Shown here: in pieces, positions 13,586-26,581 of the stretch
Numbering within the stretch: the first letter of the stretch is position 1
How the letters are laid out: each line of letters opens with the position of its first letter
From: Chiloscyllium plagiosum
Lineage: Eukaryota
Reading direction: 5' to 3'
Assembly: GCF_004010195.1 (NCBI RefSeq)
Contig: NC_057750.1
Coordinates: 14,301,221-14,365,220 of the forward strand
DNA: 64,000 nucleotides
Made by a program: the position numbers and the translations under genes
The notes under the pieces: generated by a model
Database searches by the model: none
What the model saw: only the letters and a program-made list of their open reading frames with translations
Told to the model about the DNA's origin: nothing

Positions 13586-14882
13586 CAGGGGAAGCAGTAT
13601 ATGTAATATATTTAGATTTTCTAAAAGAGATGGGGAGATTGATCTGGAGCGAGGAGGCAAGAGGACCCAGAAGTGGGAAGAAGGGACAGGAGCTGGGAGG
13701 CCTACTCTCTTCTGTCTCTTTCTTCTGCGATTCCCTCTTTCTCCATCCCACCATTCCTCAGCTCCTGATCTCTACCTCTTTCAAGCCATATTTCCTGCCA
13801 CCATTACCGCATCCGGAGTCTCCCAAAAAAAACTTTATGGAAGGGGTATGCACGATTTAAAACAGCACATAGTGTGCATTCCCAAGTGTCAGGAAATATA
13901 GTCATGTGTTAATGACTTGGATGCGGGAAGTGAATGTACAACCTCCAAGTTTGCAAATAGCGCAAAGATAGGTGGGGACGTAAATGGTGAAGATGACTCA
14001 AAGATATTGACAGTTTGTGAGTGAGCAAAACTTGGCAATTTGAATATAGTGTGGGAGAATGTGAGGTAATGCACTTTGGCAAGAAGAACATGAGAACTGA
14101 ATATTAAATAGAGAAAAAAATTCAGAAAGCTGCAGTAAAGAGGGATTTTGGTGATCCTTGAGCAACGAACACAAAAAAGCTAGCATACATGTTCAGCGGG
14201 TAATGGTGAAGGCAAATGAAATGTTATCCTTCATTTCAAAGAGAACAGAATTTAAAAATAGGGACGCCATGTTAAAACTATACAAAGCATTGTTAGAATA
14301 CTGTGAGGAGTTTTTCTCCCCTTATCGAAGGAAAGATACTGGCTTTTGAAGGAGTCCAGAGAAGATTCTCAAGGTTGATCCTGGTTTTCCGTTTGGGGAG
14401 TGATTGAGTAGATTGAGCCTGTTTCATTGGTGTTTAGAAGGATGAGGTGAGATTTGACCATGTCGATGTGAAGAGCTTATTTTCCATTATAAGAGAGTCT
14501 AGAACCAGAGGGTATATATATGAGTAAGGGGTTGTTCATTTAAGACAGATGAGGTGGGATTTCACCTCTCAGATGGTAGTGAATCTATGGAATTCTATAC
14601 TGCTGAGGGCTATTATAGCTAGGTCATTAAGTACATTCAAGGCTGAGAGATTTTTAATCAACAAGGGAATTGAGAGTTATGGTGAAAAGACAGGAAAGTG
14701 AAGTTAAGGATAATCAGATTAGCCATGATCTTAATTAATGGTGGAGAACATTTGATGGGCTGAATGGCCTAATTCTGTTCCTGCCTCTTGTTGTCTTATT
14801 GAATAGAAATCTATTTTTATTTTGTCAGACTTCAGCTGCATGTGTTTTAATGCTGTTTGTTTCACTTTAATGTGTTTCATAG

Positions 14883-14969
14883 GTTGAACCAAGTAAGAAG
14901 TTATTCCCTGCAGTCTTTGTTCAGCCTTCTAGCCAGAACATGTTCCAGTTTGAGCTTGGAAAGCTGAAG
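14883..14969 (+). CDS. RYR1: RYR1 exon (~human exon 32)
   Basis: tttcatag acceptor; [29 protein letters not shown]; gtatgt donor; 87 nt. Not in ORF track. Confidence 0.93.
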
Positions 14970-15796
14970 GTATGTGTGCCATTGGATTATAGGATGTGTA
15001 CATGGCATTACACAGTTAAGCTTCATCTCAAACTATTATTTCTGTTTTTCTTCAATGTCAGGACCATTTAATTGTTCAGAGTGGAGCAGGACTTTTACTT
15101 GGGGCTGGAGCACTAACATCAGGCTCACCGGCTGATGTCACTGGCTCATGACTAACAGATTTTGTTGGATTAATTACAACCAGAGAGCCTGTGGCTGCAA
15201 GTGCAGCCATTTTCCTGCACTGACAGCGAGGGGAAGGAGTCTTAGAGTACCTCAGGACTCTTGGCCTCCTTGCATCAAGCTGCCAAGAAACTGCTTCCTT
15301 TCCCCAGTTGTAACATAAATGCCTTAAAATCCTTAACCAGTATACCTCCCAGTAGTGAGAAAGTCTGGACTCCACCTCCTTTGTTCCTGCTTTCAGTGGG
15401 CTGTGAAAATTATGACTGTACTTGGATGTGCTAATCCTGCAAAATAAACACTGCTGGAAATCTGAAACTCTAACAGAACCTGTGCTAAACAATTAGCAAG
15501 CCAGTTAGCGTTTGTAAACAAAGGAAAGTATTTAAGTTTTACGCAAAGACATTCATTAGAGCTAGAAGATATTGCAGGTGACTGACTTGTACATTGTTGA
15601 AGAAAATATAAACGCCACAATACAGAGCAGCAAATGCAACTCTGGCATAAGTTTGTCTTTGTGTCCTTAAGATTGTGATTTCTAAGTAGCATCATGAATA
15701 AGCAGCCATTATATAATACCGTTTATATAGCAAACTTTGTGTGAAGACTTAACAGCTTGGCAGTCATTATTTTTGCCTTTTTTTAATCTTTTACAG

Positions 15797-16023
15797 AATA
15801 TTATGCCTATTTCATCAGCTATGTTTAAGAGTGAGCGAAAGAACACCATCCCCCAGTGTCCTCCAAGACTTGATGTCCAAATGATCACACCAGTAGTGTG
15901 GAGTCGGGTGCCAAATGATTTTTTGAGTGCGGAAACAGCACGGATCAGTGAGCGACATGGCTGGATGGTAGAATGCTTAGAGCCACTTATTATGATGGCA
16001 CTGCATATTCCTGAGGAGAACAG
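15797..16023 (+). CDS. RYR1: RYR1 exon (~human exon 33)
   Basis: ttttacag acceptor; [25 protein letters not shown]...[10 protein letters not shown]; gttagg donor; 227 nt. Confidence 0.95.
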
Positions 16024-17603
16024 GTTAGGAACTAGAAAACAGTTATATGGCAGATGCAGAAAAATGCAGTTAAAATACAAAACTGCTGGAAATAATCATC
16101 AGATCAGGCAATATTTCTGGAGAGAGAAACTGAGTTAATGCACAATATAGGTGAAAGTGAGGACTGGAAATCGGAGTCTAGATTAGAGTGGTGCTGGAAA
16201 AGCACAGCAGGTCAGGCAGCATCCGAGGAGCAGGAAAATTGATGTTTCGGGCAAAAGCCTTTCATCAGGAAAAAATGAAGGGCTTTTGCACAATATGTAA
16301 TACAATCAATGGGGTTTCTCTCATTGGCAAGAGTTCCACATCACCTCTTTTAGGATAAGCCTGCTGTATTTTGTGTCACCTTACAGACTTGGCAGGCTAG
16401 TAATGCTATTATGGTACCCACCCTTGGTCCAGGTTTATGGTTGGACCTAGACCACAGGAAAGTGATGATATGTGCAGATTTGCAGGGGAGGGTATCAGCA
16501 GCAAGGTTGTGATGGGGCTGTCCATTTCGCAAAACAGGGTCCCTTGAGCAGCCTCTGAATGAAAGACATTTCTACTCCCGGGAGCATGCAAGTGACTCTA
16601 GATAGGTGAATACCTGTTTGTGGGATAAAGCCCTTAAAGTGGGCATTCATTTTTTTTTTATGGAAACACACACTAAGTGTCACTCAAACATGTATCTGTT
16701 CAGAGCAAGCTATTCCTGTAATCAGGGACCTTGAGGGATGTGGTCCCATCCCTCTGAGAGCTACTAGGTATTTAGAAGCCTGCAATTATTTTGAACAGCA
16801 CTGCAACAGGGAGGGGGTGCTTACTACCGGTACCAAACTAACCCAAGGCCTAGGATTGTTGCTGGATCCCAGGCCAGATACGATGGGTGAGAGATTGCAG
16901 AGTGTAAGCTAAGACAGAGGGAATTCTGCAACAGGGCAGGTGAGTGGGTGACTTTGAAGATGCCCCACACCCCAAAGATCCTGTCAATGCTGTGTTCCTT
17001 AAACAGGCACTGGATATTAATTGTATACACTAGGGCTTCAATTTGCAGTGGATTGGATAGGCTTTCCATGACCCTTACGAGGTAGACTATTAAAGTCCAT
17101 CCAGCTTTAATACTATCAACTACCAGGGTCCAACTGGTAGTTTTGCTGAATGTCTATCAACCTGAACTGTTAACATAGAGTCACAGAGATGTACAGCATG
17201 GAAACAGATCTTTTGGTCCAACTTGTCCATGTCGACCAGATGTCCTAAACTAATGTAGTTGCATTTGCCAGTATTTGGCCCACGTCCCTCTAAACCCTTC
17301 CTATTTATATACCCATCCAGATGCCTTTTGAAATGTTGTGAATGTACCAGCCTTCACCACTTCCTCTGGCAGCTCATTCCATACATTGTCCACAGATACT
17401 GCCTGACTGGCAGTATGTTTTCTCTTTTCATTTTGATTAGAAAATAATTGTTTTGCAATCCATAAATAAAGGTAAAGAATTTGACTAAATGCATTTGATT
17501 GTCTGATTTTTATACACTGGATTTAGGCTACTGTACCTAGTGTCACATTGCAGTCTGTTGTCTCAGTGAATTTTAATGTTTGTGTTTTAATATTTTCATG
17601 CAG

Positions 17604-18489
17604 GTGTATTGACATCTTGGAGCTTTCTGAACATAAAGATCTACTGCAATTCCACTACCACACATTGCTGCTGTACTGTGCAGTGTGTGCATTGGGCAAC
17701 AACCGGGTTGCCCATGCCATATGTAGCCATGTTGATGAATTTCAGCTACTTTACACGATTGAGAACACGTATCTACCAGGGCTCCTGCGTAGTGGCTATT
17801 ATGATCTACTTATTAGTGTCCATCTAGAGTCAGCTAAACGATCGCGATTAATGATGAATAATGAGTTTATTGTCCCAATGACTGAAGATACAAAACAAAT
17901 TACATTGTTCCCAGGAGAGAGCAAAGTTTACGGCCTACCTGGTGTAGGAGTTACCACGTGCTTGAGACCACCTCTACATTTTGCCTCTTTATCTTTTGTT
18001 GGTACTAGTAACGATCGTTACCAATTCAGTCCTGAGATCCCACTAGACATTCTCAAAACCAAAGCCATTAACATGCTGACAGAGGCTGTCCAGGATGGTG
18101 GGCAGCACACAAGGGATCCAGTGGGTGGAAGTGTGGAATTTCAGTTTGTGCCAGTACTCAAACTTGTTAGCACTCTCCTCATTATGGGGGTCTTCGATGA
18201 TGAAGACGTTAAGCACATACTGAAGATGATTGAACCTAATGTGTTTGCTGAGGTCAAGGAGGAAGTTGAAAAGAGTGAGGATGAAAGTGCTAAGGATGAA
18301 GAAGTACCAACTGCTGAAGAAGAAGGAGAAGCAGAAGAAGCTGGAGAGAAAGAAAGAGAGAAAGATGAACATGAAGAGGTAGAAGAGTCCAAGGAGGACA
18401 AGACTGTGGAAGAAGGCGAAGAAACAAAGGAGGAAGAATTGAAGGAAGGACTTTTGCAGATGAAACTGCCTGAGTCTGTCAAATTACAG
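17604..18489 (+). CDS. RYR1: RYR1 large exon (covers human exons ~34+35; includes Glu-rich D3 region)
   Basis: catgcag acceptor; CIDILELSE...[16 protein letters not shown]...[26 protein letters not shown]...[15 protein letters not shown]; gtacga donor; 886 nt. Confidence 0.96.
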
Positions 18490-19690
18490 GTACGAAAATC
18501 TATTTTCTCCTTTATATATTCACTGAAATTAGTGGACACCATTAAGCCGCCTCATTGTGCAAAAGAAAATATAAAAAATTATTATGTCTAAGAAAACTGA
18601 GTTTCTCCTCTTCATTTAGCTTCTCCAAATGGGGTCATCACATGCTTTTTGATGAACCTTCTCCATCTCTTCCTCTTACTTCCCCTTTTAGTGGTACAAA
18701 AGAAATAATGCCCAGTAAGCAAGCAACTACGTGACAGCTAGCTATTTGCATGCTTCTCATTTCTTCTTGTATGGTGACTTTTCACATTCTTTCAGCAGCA
18801 GAAGGACAGTTTATTTTTATTGAAGTCTACCAATTTCAACGTCAGTTGGAAACCAAAGGTTCACAATGAAAACCTTTTAAGATTCACCTCTATTGGGTTT
18901 CTCGCCTGGCACCTACATAGAGAAAACAGTATCTGTTTCTTATCCTGACATATTTTCCCTCTTTTTAAATACTAGAATTATTGGAGAGAAGTTCCTGTTA
19001 ATGTGATTCTGAGTCACTGATTACTATGTGTATAATTCGTCCATGTTAGGTAACACTTCATCACTCATGCTATGTAGAGTTGCTATAATAGTTGCTTCCA
19101 TTGACCAGAAAGTAAACGGATGAGTTTAAACGTTCACTGCCTCTGTCACCAACATGCAGTGACAGTAGTGTGTACTATGTACATTAAAAGCTCACCAAAA
19201 TTTCTTTGACTGCACCTTCCAAACTCTCAACCTCTACCAGCTAAAGAGATGAGGGCAGCAGGCATATTGAAACACCACCAGTTTAAGTTCCCCTCCAAGC
19301 CAAACACATCATGAGTTTGAACTGTAACACCATTCCTGGACCGTTGCAGAGTCAAAATCCTAGAACTCCCTCATTAACAGCAGTGTGGGTGTACCTGCAC
19401 CACATGGACTACAACAGTTCAAAAAGATTGCTGACCACCACCTTCTCAAGTGTTTTGAGGAGTGGCAGTAAATACTAGTTTAGCAAGTATCATCCTCATC
19501 CTGTGAAAGAATAAGTTTAAAAAAGCAAAAGTGGATTACATATAACACAGTTCATGCTACAGTAGTGTTCTTGGCAGCTTGTTTATTTTGTCAGATTATT
19601 AATTAATTATGAACTGATGCATTGCATTGTATTCAGAAGAAAAATAAAATGCAATTCCAGTTTCTCGAATAATCTTCTCCATCCAAACAG

Positions 19691-19891
19691 ATGTGCAAAC
19701 TTTTGCAATTCTTCTGTGACTGTGAACTTCGACACCGGGTTGAATCAATTGCTTCGTTAGCTGATAAATTTGTGAATAAAATGCAAACAGATCAGAAGGA
19801 ACGCTACCGAGAGCTCATGTTATCTTTTAACATGTCAGCAGCTGAAACTGCCAGAAAAACAAGGGAATTCCGTTCACCCCCTCAAGAGCAG
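19691..19891 (+). CDS. RYR1: RYR1 exon (~human exon 36)
   Basis: ccaaacag acceptor; [19 protein letters not shown]...[19 protein letters not shown]; gtaaat donor; 201 nt. Confidence 0.95.
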
Positions 19892-20565
19892 GTAAATTCT
19901 TTTTATGTTATACAACTGAAGTCAAAAAGTTTAAACTATAGCCGAATGTATTTCCATGCATTGCACTTTTTTCAACAGAGCAAAGGATTTCCTGATACAT
20001 TTCCCAAAACAATATCATGACCAATCAGTGCTGTCTTGTCTGGTTTAAATATAAACTAAAGCTGAACAGTTGACTGGGATGCATTACTCATTATAACACC
20101 TCTACCAATCAAAGTCCACTTGCCAACCACTCAGCACCCTCTTCTCATGGTATAAATTGTTGTCCTTTTTGAGATTTGGTATTCTTGTGATTCTGTCCTG
20201 ATGAGTGCAAGATCAAAAGCTTTGACAGTCTGCCTCACTTTTCAGTAATATTCAGGTATTCCGCTAACAAGCAATGACTTATAAATGGTAGCGCTAAGGA
20301 TAAAGGGATTTTGGTTTACAAAAGGCAATGCTTTTACAAGTCAACTTCACTCCTTTGTGTCCAGCATTATCACTATAATAGACACATTTGTGTTCAGCTG
20401 TATTTGGCATCCAGAAGTTTTCAATTTCATATTTCCTGCTTTGAACGACTACAGATACAGATTTTCACTTAGGAAAGTATCAAACTATTTATTAATGGTC
20501 TTAAAGCCTTTTTATCCTGAATAATTTAAACTTACTGTTCACATTATAAAACTTTAAGGTAATAT

Positions 20566-20884
20566 GATTAGATTAGATTCCCTACAGTGTGGAAACAGGC
20601 CCTTCAGCCCAACCAGTCCACACCGACCCTCCGAAGAGTAACCCACCCAGACCCATTTCCCTCTGACTAATGCACCTAACACTATGGGCAATTTAGTATG
20701 GCCAATTCACCTGACCTGCACATCTTTGGACTGTGGGAAGAAACTGGAGCACCCAGAGGAAACCCACGCAGACACGGGGAAAATGTGCAAACTCCACACA
20801 GACTCCACACCCGAGGCTGGAATCAAACCTGGGACTCTGGTGCTGTGAGGCAGCAGTGCTAACCACTGAGCCACCGTGCCGCCC
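20566..20884 (-). mobile_element. HE1-type SINE
   Basis: Reverse complement of the same SINE; (ctaat)n tail. Confidence 0.85.
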
Positions 20885-21449
20885 GCTTCATAATACTTAA
20901 AATATTAAAATAGTTAGTGACTAAGGTATTGTTATTTGAAATATCAAAGTGGATGATGAATGTATTGGAGAGAACAAAGCATAAATAAGTCCAAGGATCA
21001 AACACAACTATGTTATCTTAAAAAAAATTAACATGTTTTTCAGTTGATCCTACAGCAATGAAACTAATTATACAGCTGCTAGGGCTGTCTTAGGAATGCA
21101 GACTATTTAAGGGTAGAGTTAAAGTGAACCATAAACAAAGTGCTGCAGAAACTCAGCACATCTAGCAGCATCCATGCAGAGCAAAACAGAGTTAATGTTT
21201 CAAATCTGATATGATTTTTCAGAAATGAAAAAAAGTGTTCCACAACGGTGGCTTTGAGTGCTGTTGACAGAGGGGACAATAAGCTGTGAACAGCATAACA
21301 GCCACCACTTTACAGCATTTTCATTTCTGAAGAAGGGCCACGTTGCACTCAAAACTTTAACTCTATTTCTCTCTTCATAAATGCTCCCAGGCCTGCTGAG
21401 TTTCTCCAGAATTTTCTGTTTTTGTTTCAGATCTCCAGCATCCACAATA

Positions 21450-21623
21450 TAGAGGAACCTCAATTATCCGGCATTCAATTATCCAAATATCGGATTATCC
21501 GGCGAGATCGCAGAGTCCCAATGCTCGGCGAAACTATGTTATCTGGCATTTGACTATTCGGAATTCGATTAACTGAACAAAATACTGCCTGCCCATGTCC
21601 TTGGGATAATCGAAGTTCCTCTG
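21450..21623. mobile_element. Short Tc1/mariner-type MITE
   Basis: TIRs tagaggaacctcaattatcc / ggataatcgaagttcctctg, TA flanks, internal repeated attatcc units. Confidence 0.75.
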
Positions 21624-22804
21624 TATTTTGCATTTATGGAAAAGCAGGAAGAGTATTTGATGAATTGGCTTTACTTAAAATCTGCTTTTAAATGCTTGAT
21701 AAGAGCATTGTGAGTGAAGATCACCCCTTGTCCCAGAATTACTAATGGATTAATTGAGGGGATAGGTTATAATTCCTCCAAGGTAAAAGCAATGACTGCA
21801 GATGCTGGAAACCAGATTCTGGGATTAGTGGTGCTGGAAGAGCACAGCACTGCAGGTCAAATCTGCTCCTGAACTTAGTTGCACCTTCTTCTTAAGAATC
21901 TTTGTATGGATGATATTGTGTTGCATTATGGGAAATGAATGTTAATGCTGATGTACATGATGGTGCAATTGTGACAGTAACAGTCAACTGCCTGGAACAT
22001 ACGCACAGGAGTAGGCCATTCAGCCCTTGAGCCGACCCTGCCATTCAGTACATCATGGCTGATTGAACACATTTACTCACCCCATCCACATAATCATATA
22101 CACTGCTGGTAGTCAGGAATCTATCAATCTGTACCTTGAATATAATTAAAAACTGAGACTCCACAACCCTCTATCGTAGAGAATAGCAAAAGTTTACAAT
22201 CCTGTGAGTAAACAAATTTCCCCTCATCTTGGACCTAAAGGCACCCCTTTACTTTTACATCAAGACTTGAAGAAGATAAAAATACTGTACCAGAATGCTG
22301 TAATCAGTATTCTGTGCACTAGAATGTTAACAAAATAGCTGATAGGACTTGGTGAGAGTGAGGGAGAATTACTATTGGATAATATAAAGATAGAGATGCA
22401 ACAGATATGGAGCAAGAGCAGTTTAGCTAGTTAGAGTAGCCTCGAGTGCAGTACAGACACTCAACACCCAAACTCCATGGTAGGAAATCACAATTCAGGG
22501 ATACAGCAGTACCAGTATAATGCAATGTGTACACAGAGCAAGACACTGATTATGTTAACTACACTGGAATAGTTTTAATATATATTTTAATCAAAATTAG
22601 AATTCTGTAATAGAATAAATATAATCTCTGATTTCTACATAATTGTTTTAACAAATGAGCAATGTACCCAAAATTAATTTACGTATGGAATTTTCTGTAT
22701 GGATAATAAACTGAATGTGATATACTCTTTAGCCTGTTTCATTACTGACAATCTGAGTACTTTTTAAATTATTGTTCATGATAGATTGTGTACTTTCATT
22801 TCAG

Positions 22805-22916
22805 ATTAACATGTTGATGAATTTTAAAATGGAGATAGATGAAGAAGATTGCCCTCTTTCAGATAATGTGAAAGAGGTGTTACTCGAATTCCACACCAAA
22901 CTTCTTACTCATTGTG
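22805..22916 (+). CDS. RYR1: RYR1 exon (~human exon 37)
   Basis: ttttcag acceptor; INMLMNFKMEIDEEDCPLSDNVKEVLLEFHTKLLTHC; gtaagt donor; 112 nt. Confidence 0.94.
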
Positions 22917-23492
22917 GTAAGTATGAGAGCACTGTAAATCATTTGAAACCATTGATTTACAAAAGTATGATTTAGACACTAGAATCAATGTCATAATTAT
23001 TTTGAAAGACTAGCATTGTTTTGAAACAGTGCTATAATTGCTGCATGCCTGCCAGGGTGGGATTTGTACCTGTGTCCTAGGCACATTATCCTGGGCTTCT
23101 GGTTTATCAGCCAGGTTACATTACTTTCCAGTTAGAACTATATTGCCATTGCTTCAGTACCACTGGGTCAAAATCTTGAAATCCCTCCCTGTCATCAGTA
23201 ATGGTGATCATGAAGCCATTTTTGATTGTAAAATCCATCTGGTTCATTAAAGTCCTTTTGTAGAATGAACAGTGCTGTCCTTGTCCTGTCTTGCCTACAT
23301 GTGACTCCAGACCCACAGAAATGTGGTTGACACTGAGATGTCCTAACAATACAATTAGTCCAATACTTTGCAATATATTTTGCAAACCACCAGAAATAAG
23401 GTCAAAATATTGAAAATAATTCTTCCCATCTAAAAATTTAGATGCTAGTGGGTTTTCACACGTGTCTAAGGAAGTATCGTTTTATCTTACAG

Positions 23493-23639
23493 GCATTCAA
23501 ATAGAAGAAGAGGAGGAAGAGGAAGAAACAGATACATCACTCAAAGGCCGCTTGCTAAATCTTGTTGAGAAAGTCAAGGGTTTAAGAAAGAAGAAAGAGG
23601 TTGAAGATACCGGAACTGAAGAAGAAGAGAAGACACCCA
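23493..23639 (+). CDS. RYR1: RYR1 exon (~human exon 38)
   Basis: tcttacag acceptor; GIQIEEEEEEEETDTSLKGRLLNLVEKVK...EEKTP; gtgagt donor; 147 nt. Confidence 0.93.
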
Positions 23640-25929
23640 GTGAGTATTAATAAAATGGCAGGCAAAGTATTGAGTCTTAGGTTGTTTTTACATTCGAGAG
23701 CGCATCTCCAAGTGGCACTATACATTTTCAGCTCTCACCTTATGGTGCTGCCATTAAGTCATCCAAAGCTTCTAAAGGATATCTTCACTATAGCTGCTGA
23801 AAAATTAGTTGTTATTAATGCTGTATCACTGCAAATCGGAGACTAAGCATTATTAGGGGAGTATGAAAAATTGTTTTAAAGAAACGACCAAAGCTGGCAG
23901 CAGTAGTCTGGAATGTTCAAAAGGTTACTGACACGTGGTGAAACAGTTGATATCATATCAGTACGTTTGGAAAATAATAAATGCCTTCTTGCATTATGGA
24001 TATCTGTACAGGCTGGTAACTATTTAAAAAGAAGATTGAAATTGCAGCTGTTAGCTGAAAAGACCATCTGACAAGATTTCACCTTTTAAAGGGAGGAAGA
24101 AATATTATTGGCAAAAGAAAGCAGCAAGCATTATTAGTTTAACACCAAATATCATAAGTACTTGTACTGGAAACAAAAATTCCAAATGAAGCTCTGCATA
24201 TTCAACTTATAATTACAACCAAGAATTTTTTTTTTAAACTTTCCAGATTCTAGAGTTTCCATGTAAATCTCCTAGAACCAAGCCAATTTGTATCTTGGCC
24301 CACATAGATCTACTGCTATCTCTCTTAAAAAAACTAAACACGTAATACATAAATTCGTTGGAATTGGAAAAGGTATTCATGTGGGAAAGTATCCTTTATT
24401 TAAGTTCACCATGTTATGACAAACAGGAAGGAGGCAGCATTCAGCAAAGAGGAGGAGCCAGTTCTTCTCTCCCCTGCCTCTGATCATAAATTGGGGACCT
24501 TCAACTGTGGACTCGTCATAACACAGCAAAGAAAAAAATGGCAGCCTGTGTTCTGTTATATTATTCTGCCCCATGCCAAGAAGTTGGATCATGTCGTCAA
24601 TCCTGTTTGCAGAGGTATTACTGGCTACCTGAAACCTACTAAATTAGCTGACCTATTTGATTGATTACTGATTTTGCTCCATTCATCATGAGGAGATAAG
24701 TTATATTAAGAGTGGAATGGGCAAGCAGCTCAGTCACCCTCATTGCCATCCCTTTTAGGCATAGTTAGCAACCGAGGCTTTTAAGAGGCAACTTCATATG
24801 CTCTACCCAGCTAGTAAACAGACCCCACTTCTTGCTGTGAATATCTTACTCAAAAGATTTGAATAATATGATAGGGAGAAATAGGCATGTAAGCTGTCTA
24901 ATGATCCAGAGGAATCCCTCCCATTAGGAGCCATTGAAACTTAGTCTCTAGGCAGTTTCTTGGTCTCTTGAGGACTGGTATGAGCTGCTGCAAGGCCTTT
25001 GTGCTGAAATGGGAATATAGCAGTTGACTACAATTACAAGGGCATCCCAAACGATGAAACATATCTAAAAATTCACCTTCACTCTCACTGGCAGCTGTGT
25101 AACCTTGATGTTGTACTTTGGGAAGGGAAAGGTGTATGACTGAAGAAGACCGGCAATAAGAACCAAAATATCTGTTAACTTTTCTAGATGGTGCTTTTAT
25201 GAGAATTTTTAACTTTTTGTGGTTTGAATTTTTAATGCAAACAACTTGAAGAACTGACCAGAGATCAACAAGGTTAATTCCAAATTATAATTTTTGTCTG
25301 ATATTATAATGTCGTAACCCACATTAAACTGAGTGCTGCAATGAAAATTTGGTGAAGGCTGTTCAAAGTGCAAATATTGAAGTTTGTGTACATTCTTCTC
25401 TGTTAGTGTTCAATTCAGAGAGGCAGTTGTGTAATAAGGCCAGTAAGTTGTTCATTTAGAGATTTATTCCAATGAATGCAAGCTTTAAAATAAAAAAGGG
25501 CACAAATTTTAACATTCCCCCTCTCTCACACTTTGTTCTTCTCTTCCCCCCAACTTTTGCCCTCTCCTCTTTGCTCCTACAAACATGGTAGAAACCGGGC
25601 AGGCGAAGATAGTGAGAGGAAAAGGAGTAAGTTATATCCTCTTGTTGATCCACTTTCTCCCTATTATGTTATTCAAATCTTTTGAGTAAGATATTCACAG
25701 CAAGAAGTGGGGTCTGACTTGAAATATGCAGGCTACGTGCATTTCAGGACTATAGTTGCTGATATACTTTGAGATTTGAGTGATGCCAGGAGGGCACTTT
25801 TGCCCTTCTTGGTCAGTAGAATCCCAGAAGGCAGTTTTTGAATTTTATCTTCCAGATTTCCTTGAGGCCAGCAAGAATGCTGCTCAAAGAAATGTCAAAC
25901 GGGAACTCTAGGCATGCCTTGAACTGGAT

Positions 25930-25975
25930 TCTCTCTCTCTCTCTATCTATATATATATATATATATATATATATA
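25930..25975. repeat. (CT)n(AT)n compound microsatellite
   Basis: Read directly from the sequence. Confidence 0.95.
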
Positions 25976-26267
25976 ACAGCTATATGCTCCAATAACTTCT
26001 GCTATCCATTCTCTTGGCTGGATTGTCAGTTTGGCTGATGGCAAACTACACTTGGTTATTTAAATGAAGCCCTATTTTTGATGTCAGCAGGAGTTCCTCA
26101 TCACTGGCCTTGGTGTTTTCTAACCCCACCTCACACCACTGTCATGCACCCCGGTGGCCTCTTCACTTCCCTATTGATATTAGTACCAAGGATTGTCTGT
26201 GGTTCACTAGGAAAATTCTGCTGATCCTGAACTGCAATTGGGCAAATCATTTCATCTGTTTTTCCAT

Positions 26268-26581
26268 CATAGAATCTCTACAGTGTGGAAGCAGGCTCTT
26301 TGGCCCAACAAGTCCACACTGACCCTCCGAAGAGTAATCCACTTAGACCCATTCCCCAACCCTATTAACGTACACTTAACTAATGCACCTAGCTTACACA
26401 TCCCTGAACTCTATGGGCAATTTAGTATGGCCAATTCCCTGGAGGAACACCTGGAGGAAGCCCACACAGACACGGACAGAGAATGCGCAACTCCAAACAA
26501 ACAGTCGCCCAGGCTGGAATTGAACCCGGGTCCCTGACGCTGTAAGGTAGCAGTGCTAACCACTGAGCCACCATGCCACCC
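26268..26581 (-). mobile_element. HE1-type SINE (internally deleted)
   Basis: Matches the other copies. Confidence 0.8.

Larger units (their letters stand above)
11740..14800 (+). mobile_element. CR1 LINE remnant carrying two nested Penelope-like fragments
   Basis: Decayed ORF2 (NYRPVS, QHGF.KG, IYLDF, LYKALL...LEYC) and a CR1 3' tail ending tcttgttgtctta. Confidence 0.8.

Noticed and set aside
18043..18542. Minus-strand Ser- and Phe-rich ORFs (109 and 133 aa)
   Set aside because: Antisense shadows of the GAA/GAG-rich RYR1 exon.
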